A stretch of DNA of 63,682 bases, the filler included, from Octopus bimaculoides (taxonomy: Eukaryota), in the NCBI RefSeq assembly GCF_001194135.2. It is 8 parts of 6 records of this genome, joined end to end, with 100 filler letters (N's around TTAATTAATTAA, not from the genome) between each part and the next. Parts side by side here need not be neighbours in the genome. Positions count along the whole stretch, not along the records: positions 18,610 to 26,324 come from NC_068991.1; positions 26,425 to 38,391 come from NC_069009.1; 6 more parts are not named here. One strand, given 5' to 3'. Every line of letters begins with the position of its first letter. Positions within the stretch are counted from its first letter, which is position 1. Shown here in pieces: positions 25,359-37,410 of this stretch. A model generated the notes under the pieces. That model searched no databases and was not told where the DNA came from. It saw only the letters and a program-made list of their open reading frames with translations. The translations under genes were made by a program, and so were the position numbers.

Positions 25359-25359
<1 letters not shown>
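24720..25359 (+). mobile_element. Internally deleted Helitron (Rep N-terminal fragment plus intact 3' end)
   Basis: HCKAKKYPGETTALCCSSGKVKLPAIPQLPEPLKKLL...SKHFQNKIRQ and HHRIGFLLP...PK match the Helitron Rep N-terminal region. The 3' hairpin CCCGGC-AAAC-GCCGGG (25332-25347) is followed by CTAG (25356-25359) and then T of a (TA)n tract. Confidence 0.85.
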
Positions 25360-25420
<61 letters not shown>

Positions 25421-25610
25421 GTATAGAGTCATCATTCTCACCACCACAAGATGCATACTCCTTTACTGAAAAGAAAGACTTGATCAGCCAGGCTTTAGTG
25501 AAAGAGTTAACGATTAGGGTAGTATGATTCAGAATCGCCGTTTCGGGCGTCACTGTCCAGAATTCAAATTCCATTGACCTCAACTTTTTAAGTTCAATGT
25601 TAACCCCTCT

Positions 25611-25671
<61 letters not shown>

Positions 25672-26274
25672 ACTCTCTTTCTGGATTGTACCTGTGATTC
25701 ATGGATCCAATCTCATCACATTGACAGGAGCTGTGAATTACATTAAGGGTATACCTGTATTATTTCTTTAACGGGGCACCCGCTTACGTATAAATATTCT
25801 AATTTCACGATAACGTTATTCGTTTGTTCAAACTACTGAATCCTCATCGTCGATGTATACACACGCGCGCGCGCACGCACACACACACACACACATACAT
25901 ACTCACACACGCACACGTACAGAGAGAGTGAAAGAGAGACAAGGAGAGGGACGGTATTGTATGCTACATAAAGAGTTCGTAATTTTACCAACAATTATCT
26001 CCCCATACATACGTACATTCATTCAACACAGAGAAACATACAAATCTGCATACATACATACATACATACATGCAGTAAACCTAATCGGTATCAATGCTTT
26101 CTATAACGACGTGTATCAGAAAACTAGTCTCTATAAATTACGAGGGCCCTGTTACATAACGAACCAAGTCGGTTTACTTGGTAAGCATTATTGGCAATGA
26201 ACATATTTTGTATTTTTTTAGGCTCTCGGAACTTAGATTGGCTGGCTTTCTGAAACCTCTGAAACACGAGCACT

Positions 26275-26324
<50 letters not shown>

Positions 26325-26424
26325 NNNNNNNNNNNNNNNNNNNNNNNNNNNNNNNNNNNNNNNNNNNNTTAATTAATTAANNNNNNNNNNNNNNNNNNNN
26401 NNNNNNNNNNNNNNNNNNNNNNNN

Positions 26425-27168
26425 GATATTTGTGATAAATTATTCTCCCAAAATGCTAATCTCAATACTCACAAACGAATTCATACTGGAGAGAAGCCAT
26501 ACCAGTGTAATATTTGTGGGGAGTCATTCTCTCAAAATTATCACTTGACAACTCACATTTACATTGATACATGGGAAAAACCAAATCACTGTGACATTTG
26601 TGGCAAATCTTTTTCTCTAAAGCATCATTTAACTAAACACAAACGCATTCACACCGGTGAGAAGCCTTACCATTGCAATGTCTGCAGTAAATCATTCTCT
26701 CAGAGGTGTAACTTAACTACTCACAAGCGCATTCACACAGGAGAGAGACCATACCATTGTGATATCTGTGGTAAATCATTCTCTGAAAATGGTCATTTAA
26801 CTAAACACCAGCTCATCCATACAGGAGAGAAATCATATTATTGTGACATCTGTGGTAAATCATTTTCTGAAACTGGACACTTAACTAAACTTAAGTATGT
26901 CCATACAGGAGAGAAGCCATATCACTGTGATGTCTGTCATAAATCGTTTTCTCAAAGTGGTGATTTAACTACTCACAAACGTATTCATACTGGAGAGAAA
27001 CCATACCGGTGTGATATTTGTGGTAAATCATTCTCTCGAAATGATAACTTAACTCAGCATAAACATATACATGCAAAAGTGAAACCATATCATTGCAATA
27101 TCTGTGGCAAATCATACTCTCAAAAACATTACTTAACTAAGCATATATGTATGCATATAAAACAGTAA
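26425..27168 (+). CDS. Tandem C2H2 zinc-finger protein, 3' part (9 fingers visible, 5' end cut by a scaffold join)
   Basis: Open frame from the gap edge to TAA at 27166-27168, with repeated C-x2-C-x12-H-x3-H units and TGEKP-type linkers. Fingers 2 and 6 each lack one His. Confidence 0.9.
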   Translation, partial: DICDKLFSQNANLNTHKRIHTGEKPYQCNICGESFSQNYHLTTHIYIDTWEKPNHCDICGKSFSLKHHLTKHKRIHTGEKPYHCNVCSKSFSQRCNLTTHKRIHTGERPYHCDICGKSFSENGHLTKHQLIHTGEKSYYCDICGKSFSETGHLTKLKYVHTGEKPYHCDVCHKSFSQSGDLTTHKRIHTGEKPYRCDICGKSFSRNDNLTQHKHIHAKVKPYHCNICGKSYSQKHYLTKHICMHIKQ

Positions 27169-28022
27169 TTGTCTTAATCCTTTAGCATTTAATCTGGCCA
27201 TATCCAGCCCAAATATTCTNNNNNNNNNNNNNNNNNNNNNNNNNNNNNNNNNNNNNNNNNNNNNNNNNNNNNNNNNNNNNNNNNNNNNNNNNNNNNNNNN
27301 NNNNNNNNNNNNNNNNNNNNNNNNNNNNNNNNNNNNNNNNNNNNNNNNNNNNNNNNNNNNNNNNNNNNNNNNNNNNNNNNNNNNNNNNNNNNNNNNNNNN
27401 NNNNNNNNNNNNNNNNNNNNNNNNNNNNNNNNNNNNNNNNNNNNNNNNNNNNNNNNNNNNNNNNNNNNNNNNNNNNNNNNNNNNNNNNNNNNNNNNNNNN
27501 NNNNNNNNNNNNNNNNNNNNNNNNNNNNNNNNNNNNNNNNNNNNNNNNNNNNNNNNNNNNNNNNNNNNNNNNNNNNNNNNNNNNNNNNNNNNNNNNNNNN
27601 NNNNNNNNNNNNNNNNNNNNNNNNNNNNNNNNNNNNNNNNNNNNNNNNNNNNNNNNNNNNNNNNNNNNNNNNNNNNNNNNNNNNNNNNNNNNNNNNNNNN
27701 NNNNNNNNNNNNNNNNNNNNNNNNNNNNNNNNNNNNNNNNNNNNNNNNNNNNNNNNNNNNNNNNNNNNNNNNNNNNNNNNNNNNNNNNNNNNNNNNNNNN
27801 NNNNNNNNNNNNNNNNNNNNNNNNNNNNNNNNNNNNNNNNNNNNNNNNNNNNNNNNNNNNNNNNNNNNNNNNNNNNNNNNNNNNNNNNNNNNNNNNNNNN
27901 NNNNNNNNNNNNNNNNNNNNNNNNNNNNNNNNNNNNNNNNNNNNNNNNNNNNNNNNNNNNNNNNNNNNNNNNNNNNNNNNNNNNNNNNNNNNNNNNNNNN
28001 NNNNNNNNNNNNNNNNNNNNNN

Positions 28023-28330
28023 CCCCAGTTTCAGGCCTTCTAATTCCCCTGAATCCTATGGACTACTGTGTGCGGGGTGCAGTTGAAAAAGACACCAACT
28101 GCACTGCCTGCAACACCAAGGCCGAGCTGGTGGGGTTTGAAGATCTTCCCAGAGACACAATGAGGAATGCATGTGCCAAATTCTGGAGACATCGTGACAC
28201 TATGTTGGAAGCTAAGGGCAGCTACTTTGTGTAAACTGTTAATCACTCAGTCATAATTGCTTTATTTTTGGAAGGAACATTGTTTTTTTTTTCCCCTTTT
28301 ATGCAAACTGTCAAATTTTACTTGAACCTT
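28023..28330 (+). mobile_element. Tc1/mariner transposase 3' fragment (maT/rosa-like)
   Basis: Degenerate SPDLNPMDY motif, then GAVEKDTN...NTKAEL...ACAKFWRHRDTMLEAKGSYFV*. Confidence 0.75.
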
Positions 28331-28973
28331 ACATATATTAAATATAATTTAATAACTGTGCTGCTGTATTTCTGTTGAGCAAAGTGTTTCCATTTACTTT
28401 TCTTTCACTTTCACGTATTTGTGTACATCGTTAATATATATATGCATGAGGATGTATGTATTCATATATAAATTTATATGTACATGTATGCATTCATATA
28501 TATCTGTGTGTGTGTGTATATATACAGCTTGAGTAATAATTACTGGCAAACTAATGGACAGACCTGGACTGTAGTAGGTGTTTTTACATGCCACTAGTAT
28601 GGGAGCCAGTCAGACAGCACTGCCATCAACCATGCATGAATGCTGCTTTTTTATGTGCCCGTCAGGTGGCACTGACACCGGCTACACTTGAATGGTGCTT
28701 CTATGTTCCCCCAGCACGGGTATCAGTCAAGCAGCACTGGCATCAACCATGCTTAAATGATGCTTTTTATGTCCTCTGGCACTGGAATTGGTTCAACAGG
28801 TTTTCACAAATGGAAACACCTAGCATCATAGCATCATAATTTTGAAATATTTGTAGAACCTTCAAAAACTTGTTTATGTTTCTTGATTTATTATTAGTGT
28901 TGCTTAACATGCTTTGCTAAAATTGCTGTTTTTTACAGATATCATCAGAAACAGTTAATTAAAATTCATTAAA

Positions 28974-29600
28974 ATGACAGATCTATTGGACTTTCAAACA
29001 GGTCAAAATGTTGGTGCTCGTATGGCAGGCACTAGTGTAATGAAAACAGCCGAAATGTTTTGTGTATCAAGAAGTACTGTCTCAAAAGTAATGATAGCCT
29101 TTGCGAAAGAGGGTACGACCTCCTCATTGAAACAAAACTACAGAAAAACCCCAAAACTTTCAGATAGGGCCATCAGAATCTTATGCAAATTGTTAGAAAG
29201 GATCACAAAAGTACAGCTCCCAAAATTACTGCAGAGCTTAATGACCACCTCGAGAACCCAGTTTCCACAAAAACTGTTTGCCGGGAGCTGCACAAAGCCG
29301 GATTTTACGAGAGCGCTGTAATCAGGAAACCACTACTTTCAAAAACAAACGTTGTAAAGTGTTTAGAGTGGAGTAAAAACCTACAGAATTGGTCCCTAGA
29401 GCAGTGGAAGAATGTTATTTTCTCAGATGAGTCATCCTTTACCTTATTTCTGACCACTGGCCGAGTATATGTGTGGAGATAGCCAAAAGACGCATTTGAC
29501 CCAGACTGCCTTCTTCCAACTGTTAAACATGGAGGAGGATCTGTGATGATCGGGGGTGGGGGATGGCTATATCTTGGAAATCCACTGGCCCAATGGTTTC
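28974..29600 (+). mobile_element. Tc1-type transposase, frameshifted and 3'-truncated
   Basis: HTH region VSRSTVSKV, then VSTKTVCRELHKAG, RKPLLSK, WKNVIFSDESSF and TVKHGGGSVMI. Confidence 0.92.
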
Positions 29601-31645
29601 CTTTCATGAATGCAAATATAAGCTTTAGAATGTGCAAACTCGAACAATTCATGATAAACGTTGGTATAAAACACAAATTGTAATCACAAACCAGATTAAA
29701 TCATTTATTCAGAAAAGATTACAGTGAAGAAAACATTAAATGCTACATTGTAAAGTTAATGGAAAATATCCTTAGAATTTTAAATGAAGCAAGATCAGCC
29801 AATCGAAAGGTGCTGAACATTGTTTAAATTAGGTTATTGCAGATTATAGGATCCTTTAGTTGCATAGCATTGTGTTGATAAGTACAAATAAAGCTGCCTT
29901 TAAATGAAATAAATTTAATATAATAGAAGAAAATTTAGCTTTATGACAAAAAATATGATCAAAGAGGATTGTTGGAAGCATTTTTTGGTTTTTATTTATA
30001 AGTTCGTTTCTGTTGTTTTACCTTCTGTTTCATCACCAGAACTTGAACCTGGAAACATAATGAGAAAATTGTATAAAATATTGGCTTCAAGTAAGTTCAG
30101 GGAGGGGGATAGTTTATTATATTGACCCCAGTATTCAACTAGTACTTCTTTTACAAGACCTGAAAGGCAAAGTTGACCTCTGTGGAATTTGAACTCAGAA
30201 CAAAAGGATGGACAAAATGCTAAACATTTTGATAGGCATTCTAACAATTTGCCAGGTAGACACTTTGCTCAGTGCCCTGCTGATCCTGCCAGCTCGCTAC
30301 AGGACATCGATGTTTTGAAACTGACCTATTTTCCATTACATTTCAAACAGATTCAGCACTGAGTTGCTGAAGCAGAAATATCATTATAGCCAATATTCTG
30401 CTCAATACCATAGGCTTGCTTGTCAGTTGCTTGACCTCGACCATATGAGCATATCCCGTAGTGGTTGACAATTATATGAAGAATACACATGTTCTGCTAG
30501 GTGACTTGGCGCCACATTTCAAGACAGCTGTATCTGTTTTTTCATAAAACATTAACTGTCCATCAAAGACTCACCAGTAAATTTCAACATCTGAAAAGAA
30601 TATGACCATTTTGACCAAACCTCTTTTAGTATATGGATACATTTATTTCGTTGCCTTTGGAATCCTGCATTTTGATTGGTCGCAGGCTTTAATATCTCAG
30701 TCCCACTTTGAAAATTGCTATTCCATTCTGTTTGTTTATAAATGTCTCTATCTTCATAGATTCATTGTATTTCGCCAGACGACGGATGAATATCGCCTGA
30801 AGAAATGGGACGGTAACGCATCACCGAGAATTTACCTAATATTATGTAAAGTATTTTGTATTGGTGATTGACCACACTATTGAAACGCGAGCTATCTATT
30901 CTTTTTGTTCGTTGTATATACAGATGGAGATGATAATGATGATGACTACAAAGCTGAGGTTGTTAATTATGATGATGTCTATNNNNNNNNNNNNNNNNNN
31001 NNNNNNNNNNNNNNNNNNNNNNNNNNNNNNNNNNNNNNNNNNNNNNNNNNNNNNNNNNNNNNNNNNNNNNNNNNNNNNNNNNNNNNNNNNNNNNNNNNNN
31101 NNNNNNNNNNNNNNNNNNNNNNNNNNNNNNNNNNNNNNNNNNNNNNNNNNNNNNNNNNNNNNNNNNNNNNNNNNNNNNNNNNNNNNNNNNNNNNNNNNNN
31201 NNNNNNNNNNNNNNNNNNNNNNNNNNNNNNNNNNNNNNNNNNNNNNNNNNNNNNNNNNNNNNNNNNNNNNNNNNNNNNNNNNNNNNNNNNNNNNNNNNNN
31301 NNNNNNNNNNNNNNNNNNNNNNNNNNNNNNNNNNNNNNNNNNNNNNNNNNNNNNNNNNNNNNNNNNNNNNNNNNNNNNNNNNNNNNNNNNNNNNNNNNNN
31401 NNNNNNNNNNNNNNNNNNNNNNNNNNNNNNNNNNNNNNNNNNNNNNNNNNNNNNNNNNNNNNNNNNNNNNNNNNNNNNNNNNNNNNNNNNNNNNNNNNNN
31501 NNNNNNNNNNNNNNNNNNNNNNNNNNNNNNNNNNNNNNNNNNNNNNNNNNNNNNNNNNNNNNNNNNNNNNNNNNNNNNNNNNNNNNNNNNNNNNNNNNNN
31601 NNNNNNNNNNNNNNNNNNNNNNNNNNNNNNNNNNNNNNNNNNNNN

Positions 31646-31904
31646 AGTAACAAAAAGAAATTGAAACACTTCGGCTGCTTCACCAAACGCCAAGAATGCT
31701 AAGACCCACGACAGCCCAAGTAGAAAGAATAAACCAGCGATACCAAAAACACGTATTTTTCTTGTTTTGTGTTCAAATCTCTCGTTATGTTGCATTGAGA
31801 TAAGATGGCAGATAACGAGAGAAAACATGATAAGGTTGAAGGTAAGGATGATCGCCACGGGAGCCAGGAAAGCAGCATAGAAGTATGGCCTGGACAACCA
31901 ACAG
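31646..31904 (-). CDS. Adhesion GPCR exon encoding ECL2 and TM5-TM7 (runs into an N gap)
   Basis: Acceptor TTTCTTTGTAG at 31905. Frame CWLSRPYFYAAFLAPVAIILTFNLIMFSLVI...GLFFLLGLSWVLAFLAFGEAAEVFQFLFVT fits the secretin/adhesion 7TM pattern. Confidence 0.9.
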
Positions 31905-32348
31905 CTACAAAGAAATAGAAACTCAAATAAGAAAGCGACTTTGAAAGTTCAGTCAATGGTTTAAGAGTGAAAGAAGGATTAAAGTGAAGAGATTTTGATG
32001 CAAAAGGAAACGACATGACATCCTCANNNNNNNNNNNNNNNNNNNNNNNNNNNNNNNNNNNNNNNNNNNNNNNNNNNNNNNNNNNNNNNNNNNNNNNNNN
32101 NNNNNNNNNNNNNNNNNNNNNNNNNNTAATGTTGATATGGAAGGTGAGGACTACAGTAAGCTGCATTAGAAACAATATATTAGCGGGGTCATCTTCTATT
32201 GTACGTCAAATGGTAATTTTAATGTGAAGTTTTATTGTCTTTATAATGTCTAAATGAGATGTCTTGAGATGAAATTCACTGAAGATATGTATTTGTATAT
32301 AATATATAAATACATAGACCTAACTCCAGATTACAGGCAATTACCAAC

Positions 32349-32498
32349 CTTTTGTAGAGCAAAACTTGTAAGATGGTTACAGGAACAAAATACGTTCTCT
32401 CCAGATACGTAGGTGGATGTATTACAGCCTTTTGTTGACCAATGGGGATTCTGTCCAGAGAATTTATCCCAATAAACACATTGCAGGTTGGTGGCATT
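32349..32498 (-). CDS. Adhesion GPCR GPS exon
   Basis: 150 nt, phase 0/0, CAG acceptor and GTTGGT donor. Encodes NATNLQCVYWDKFSGQNPHWSTKGCNTSTYVSGENVFCSCNHLTSFALQK, with the C-W-W-C-CxC-HL|T GPS motif. Confidence 0.93.
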
Positions 32499-33191
32499 CT
32501 GAAAACAATTTAAATTATGATAAGCGAATTAAATTACGTTGTAATGAAAATACATGTAATGAACCTTCGCCAAACTGACAGAACAGACCATGGTCACAAG
32601 CGTTTGGTTATTATTGACATTGTGAATCATTGTTTGCATTGTGGCTTGACAAAACATTTCACCTCGTTTATGAATCTGTGTATGCTCTTATCATAGACAC
32701 CGAATCATCATAAGACATCGGATGGTATGATTATTGATGTACTTGAGGAACTACAAAATGACTTCCACGGCTGAAATTTGTTTCCTCGTAAGTTTACAGG
32801 GTCAGGGATGGCACGAAAGTAAATGACAAGAACAACAACAGTCACCATATGAAACCCCAAAGAAATTAATCAAATTAAAATACACAACCACAATCAATGA
32901 AGGCAATACACAGATATATCAAAACAATATACTGGTGGTACTAAATTACAAGACAAGCAATCGGATGTATACCCAATACGGACGTTATAAAGATGCAATA
33001 AGTTATAACTTTTCGTCTGCTGGTGCCATGACAAATATCTCTGTCTTGTGAGAGGCACGATTAATTGTTAATCCTCTATTTGGATTTAAATCTCGTCTTT
33101 GCTGAACCAATCAATACTTGTTGTGTTACACACTTTAAGAACTATTGCTTCCATAATCTGTGGTCAGTAACAGATATTGTTGCAGCTGCTG

Positions 33192-33251
<60 letters not shown>

Positions 33252-33345
33252 TCTGTGTCGCTGTGGTCACTATTTCTTTCAAGAGGAGTGAGGTATGATC
33301 GTGTAACGAAATATTAACAAGTTAGAATAAACACATAGTCATTAC

Positions 33346-33474
33346 CTGATCTTTTACATTGAATGATATTATAACTGGTTCATCAAGGCTGGTTATTTTA
33401 ACGTTAGGAATATTTGCAGCAATAATATGGCTGATAATTTTAGTATTTGCTTTGGTTCTAGATTTTTCTATTAT
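33346..33474 (-). CDS. Adhesion GPCR GAIN-domain exon
   Basis: 129 nt, phase 0/0, TTTACAG acceptor and GTAATG donor. Encodes IIEKSRTKANTKIISHIIAANIPNVKITSLDEPVIISFNVKDQ. Confidence 0.88.
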
Positions 33475-33939
33475 CTGTAAATAGAAGCCATTGAATACAC
33501 TATTTTATTTAGAAGAGTTTAATACATATAATTTAGAAGAGTTCAATACATTGTCAAAGCATGAAACGAAACATTAGAGTTGTTGTACTTAGACATCATT
33601 ACTTTGGTCAGTACAACAACTTAATACAAGATATATATATATATTACAATATGTATTGCATGTGAGGTCACAGCTGAGGGTTGTCTTTATTCTAAGGAAT
33701 GGATAATTTTATTTTATATCTAAATTGTTAACATTAAGGGTTGCTGGTATGTTTGTGTGCTTAAGAAAGACTCTTGACAATTAACGTATCCTGTTTTGAA
33801 TTCCACGCATAACAACTTGGGAAAACTGATTTCAGCCATAGTTTCTACTTGACAATAAACTTACCAATGGAATTCACACACACACGCATACATATATGTA
33901 TAAATACGTATATGTAAATATATATATATAGCGACACCA

Positions 33940-34470
33940 CTGAGAAAAACAAACGAAAAAATAAAAAGGACAAAGCAGTCATCCTTTTTGTTGTCACTCA
34001 CAACCTAAGGAACTTCAACATTGTGAAAGCCGCCAAATAATATCTCCTGATTCTCCAGCAATCTCCCAAAATGAATACTCTCATAAAAAACTCACCAATA
34101 ATATACAGCAGACGCCTAGCACCAGACTTTAAAAGCCTACTCACCAAGGTGAAATTTACATCGTACATTGAAACAATTCAAGTTAAAAAATGCGGGTTCA
34201 CTCGATGCGAAGAAATTGGAGAGATCTCCTTTAAAAACAAATAGATTTTCAAAGTCAATGCAAACATTAATTGTAAAACGAAAACCTTAATATACTGTGC
34301 AACTTGTCCACAAGTACTATAAAGAGTACTATATTTGTGAATCCGGAACAGGACTACATGACGAAGTTCGTGTACACAAGCAACAAATTTAAGACCCCTC
34401 TGTCAGAAACAGCAATTGCAGTGGAAACTTTGTCTGATCATGCGGACAGGAAAAATTCACATACGTATAC
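33940..34470 (+). mobile_element. Penelope-like GIY-YIG fragment inside the GPCR intron
   Basis: FVVTHN...IIYSRRLAPDFKSLLTK...VKKCGFTRC...INCKTKTLIYCATCP, followed by a frameshifted Y.GE/SGT-like region. Confidence 0.75.
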
Positions 34471-34591
34471 ATTTAAACATTGGTAGTTAGCTGGATTTTA
34501 TCAATATTGTTTCATGTATCATCAAAAAAATCTGAATTTGAACATTCTTTAGTCAGCTGGAAAAAGAAATATATACGTTTTTATTCCATAC

Positions 34592-34750
34592 CCTATATAG
34601 CTTATCATCATGCATGGAGAAAAATGAAACGCTTGAAATTCTTGATTTTTCCTCGTCTTTCAAAAGTTTTAATAAACTCTTTGGTAATGAAATGAAGTCC
34701 ATCATTGTAAAATCTTCCAGTTGTGGGTCTGGATATGAGCAGTTACACAT
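34592..34750 (-). CDS. Adhesion GPCR GAIN-domain exon
   Basis: 159 nt, phase 0/0, polypyrimidine CTCTCAG acceptor and GTATGG donor. Encodes ...FISLPKSLLKLL...RISSVSFFSMHDDKLYR. Confidence 0.85.
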
Positions 34751-35605
34751 CTGAGAGAAGAAAATAAAAGCGAAATTGACAGATAAATTTTTTTAATGTA
34801 CTACTGCTGCTGAATGTTGTTGACGTCATAAGAATTTATAAGCTTTCGAAAGAACGTGATACAATTTTGATTTGAAATAGTGGATCGCGAAGGACTGGAT
34901 TGAAAAACACTTGAATAGGAAAACATTTCACGAGAAACCTTCGAATGTTTTACTATCCAAAAGGATTTTTCAACCCAATATTTACATGCTACTATTTATA
35001 GCTTTATGTGATTCAAGATTTACTGCAAATAATGAATTATTACTACTACTGATCCTGTGTTTGTTAAAATTTCTTCTTCCACAACTACTACATTACTACA
35101 TTACAATGAACATAATAGCTAAAACTACCACTATCACCCACTACCACTACTTCATACGCAAGTAACCAGAAGTGTTTTAAATTTGGTCAACTAATCATTG
35201 GTGTATTCAATAGTCTTATGCTTTCTATCTCAAATTCTTACACATTCTCCAGTACCCAGTGACATGAATAAATTAGCATTTTGAATAAAATTCTTTCTCT
35301 GAAAACTTTCAACCACTGACATCATTGCTAGTATTTATTCCCGAAAGTAATTTAAGGCTAACCAAAAAGTGAAGCTGTAATGGATCAACCTACAAGAATT
35401 AGCAACGAACGCTTCTTCGAATTGCATCTTACTGCCTTCAAAACGGATTGTTACACTAGCGAAAGCAGTTCCGGACTTATAAACGATTGATGGTTAGTTC
35501 AAATAAACAAACGAATGTCTATCAAAACTCACACGGGTTTTTTTCAAGCAGAGAAGAAAACATAAAGATGATGGATATACAATACATTTAGACTATCTTT
35601 AACTA

Positions 35606-35654
<49 letters not shown>

Positions 35655-35806
35655 GTCTGTCTATCTATCTATCTAATATTTAAATTGCAGGCTCTATCCA
35701 GCTTTGTAACGTTACTACTTTTTGTAACAATAGAAATATATTTCATTTCAATATATTTTATCAACTTCAGTGTTTAGTACAAACGGTCAATAAGAAAGTA
35801 TTGTAC

Positions 35807-35978
35807 CATATTGTTTGCTTTCGTTTCATCAGTTTCATATAGAATTCCATAGACAAGACCGTTGAAAATGTCCCTCTTCACTTTGGTAACACCAATACCA
35901 AGATTAGAATATAAAACTTTGACTTGCTGCGCTTCCAGGGAAATCTTTTCTGAGATTGTTTCTATAACCTCCAGCATT
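35807..35978 (-). CDS. Adhesion GPCR GAIN-domain exon (most upstream exon found)
   Basis: 172 nt, TTTTTCGCAG acceptor (phase 2) and GTACAA donor (phase 0). Encodes MLEVIETISEKISLEAQQVKVLYSNLGIGVTKVKRDIFNGLVYGILYETDETKANNM. Confidence 0.8.
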
Positions 35979-36119
35979 CTGCGAAAAACAATTCAAGAAA
36001 ACAACTTTTAATTGCAGATAAATTTAGACCGATTTTAAGCAGTTGATTTAATAGGTTTAATATTTAATTTTTTGACAAAGCCTTCCTAGAAAATCAAATC
36101 CACTTTATTTTCAGGTAAA

Positions 36120-37115
36120 TAGTGAAAGTCTTGGAACAGAATCGTTCCGCCGTTTTTGTTTTGGTGCTCACCGGGCACACTTGCAATAAAATTACTAAGT
36201 TGCCGAAACTTCTAAAAGCAACAGTTTTATAATTTAAAGAACAGCGGAAGATTGATAGAAAAGAACACATGACTTGAAGTGATTCGAACCGCAATCCAAA
36301 GTTTCTCGCTGATCTTAAACGCTCGATTGAAACCAAGCCAAACGTATCTATGACAACACATGCAAAGAAACGCAATGAGTCTCTTTTCACAGTGTCCAGA
36401 GATGTGAACAGGAACCTTGCCATGACTAGCTATGTTCGATGACGACGTCACCTCCTTTCAGCCAGGGCCAAAACAATCAGAGCCGAGAGATGCCCAAAGC
36501 TTCTGTCATTCATCATCAATCACGATGCAGGAAAACTATCGTGTTTGTGAACGACAAGAAGTTTACTGTGGATGCTAAGGTGAATCGCAGAAATTCTTCA
36601 GTGATTGCATACAATCCTTCTCACATACCCCTGTGTTTGAGACTAAGAATCCTGCCTCTGCGACGGTATTTGTTGCCATGGCAAGTGATGGGAGTGTCAT
36701 GGATCCACATTTAATTGAGTCTAGCTTTAAGATCGGCACAAAAGAGTACTCGGACATCCTGAAGAACCCTCTGTTACCTTGGATGGAGCAGAAGTTTGGG
36801 CTTGACAATGTGGTGATCATCCAGGATTCTTTAAAAAGCAACACAGGCCTTCCTTGGTGAGAAGGTGCCATTTTTATGAGCGCCAACATCTCGCCCAGTA
36901 ATAGCCCACATCTCAACTTTCTCTTCATTACATTTTATGGAGCGTATTTCAAGCAGGGACCAATGCTTCACCACACTCGAGTGTCAAACATTTGAAGACC
37001 TGCATCGTGCGTGTGACACGCAAAATCAAAAAGACGGAGGTTTCGGCAGCTGCAAAAGAATTTCGTTCTCATGTGGAGGCAGTAATTGACTTAAACAGGC
37101 AGCCATGCTGAGCGA
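36120..37115 (+). mobile_element. Decayed Tc1/mariner transposase (maT/rosa-like)
   Basis: IVFVNDKKFTVD, TKNPASATVFVAMASDG, VIIQDS and PSNSPHLN occur in order across frameshifts. Confidence 0.85.
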
Positions 37116-37185
37116 TAAAAGTTCATAATGTAATAAATGTAACATTAAATCTATATCTGTCTACTATCATTATTTTAGTATTTCT

Positions 37186-37410
37186 TAAGGCGGGGAGCTG
37201 GCAGAAACGTGAGTAGGCCGGGTAGAGTGCTTAGCGGTATTTCATCAGTCTTCTTGTTCTGAGTTCAAATTCCACCGAGGTCGACTTTGCCTTTCATCTT
37301 TTCGAGGTCGATAAATTATGTACCATTTGTGTACTGGGGCTTGATCTAATCGACTGGCCCCCTCTCTAAATATTTCGAGCGTTGTGCCAGGACCAGAAAA
37401 GAGTATTTTA
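37186..37410 (+). mobile_element. Octopus-type SINE
   Basis: AAGGCGGGGAGCTGGCAGAAACG...GAGTTCAAATTCCACCGAGGTCGACTTTGCCTTTCATC. Related copies lie near 21273, 30090, 40945, 56930, 57538 and 61105-61700. Confidence 0.8.

Noticed and set aside
30896-30982. Apparent continuation of the GPCR ORF after the gap
   Set aside because: The frame across a 663-N gap is arbitrary, and the peptide does not resemble TM7 or helix 8.
35815-35835. CTGATGA-AAC-GAAA on the minus strand as a hammerhead
   Set aside because: No stem II, and it lies within a GPCR coding exon.
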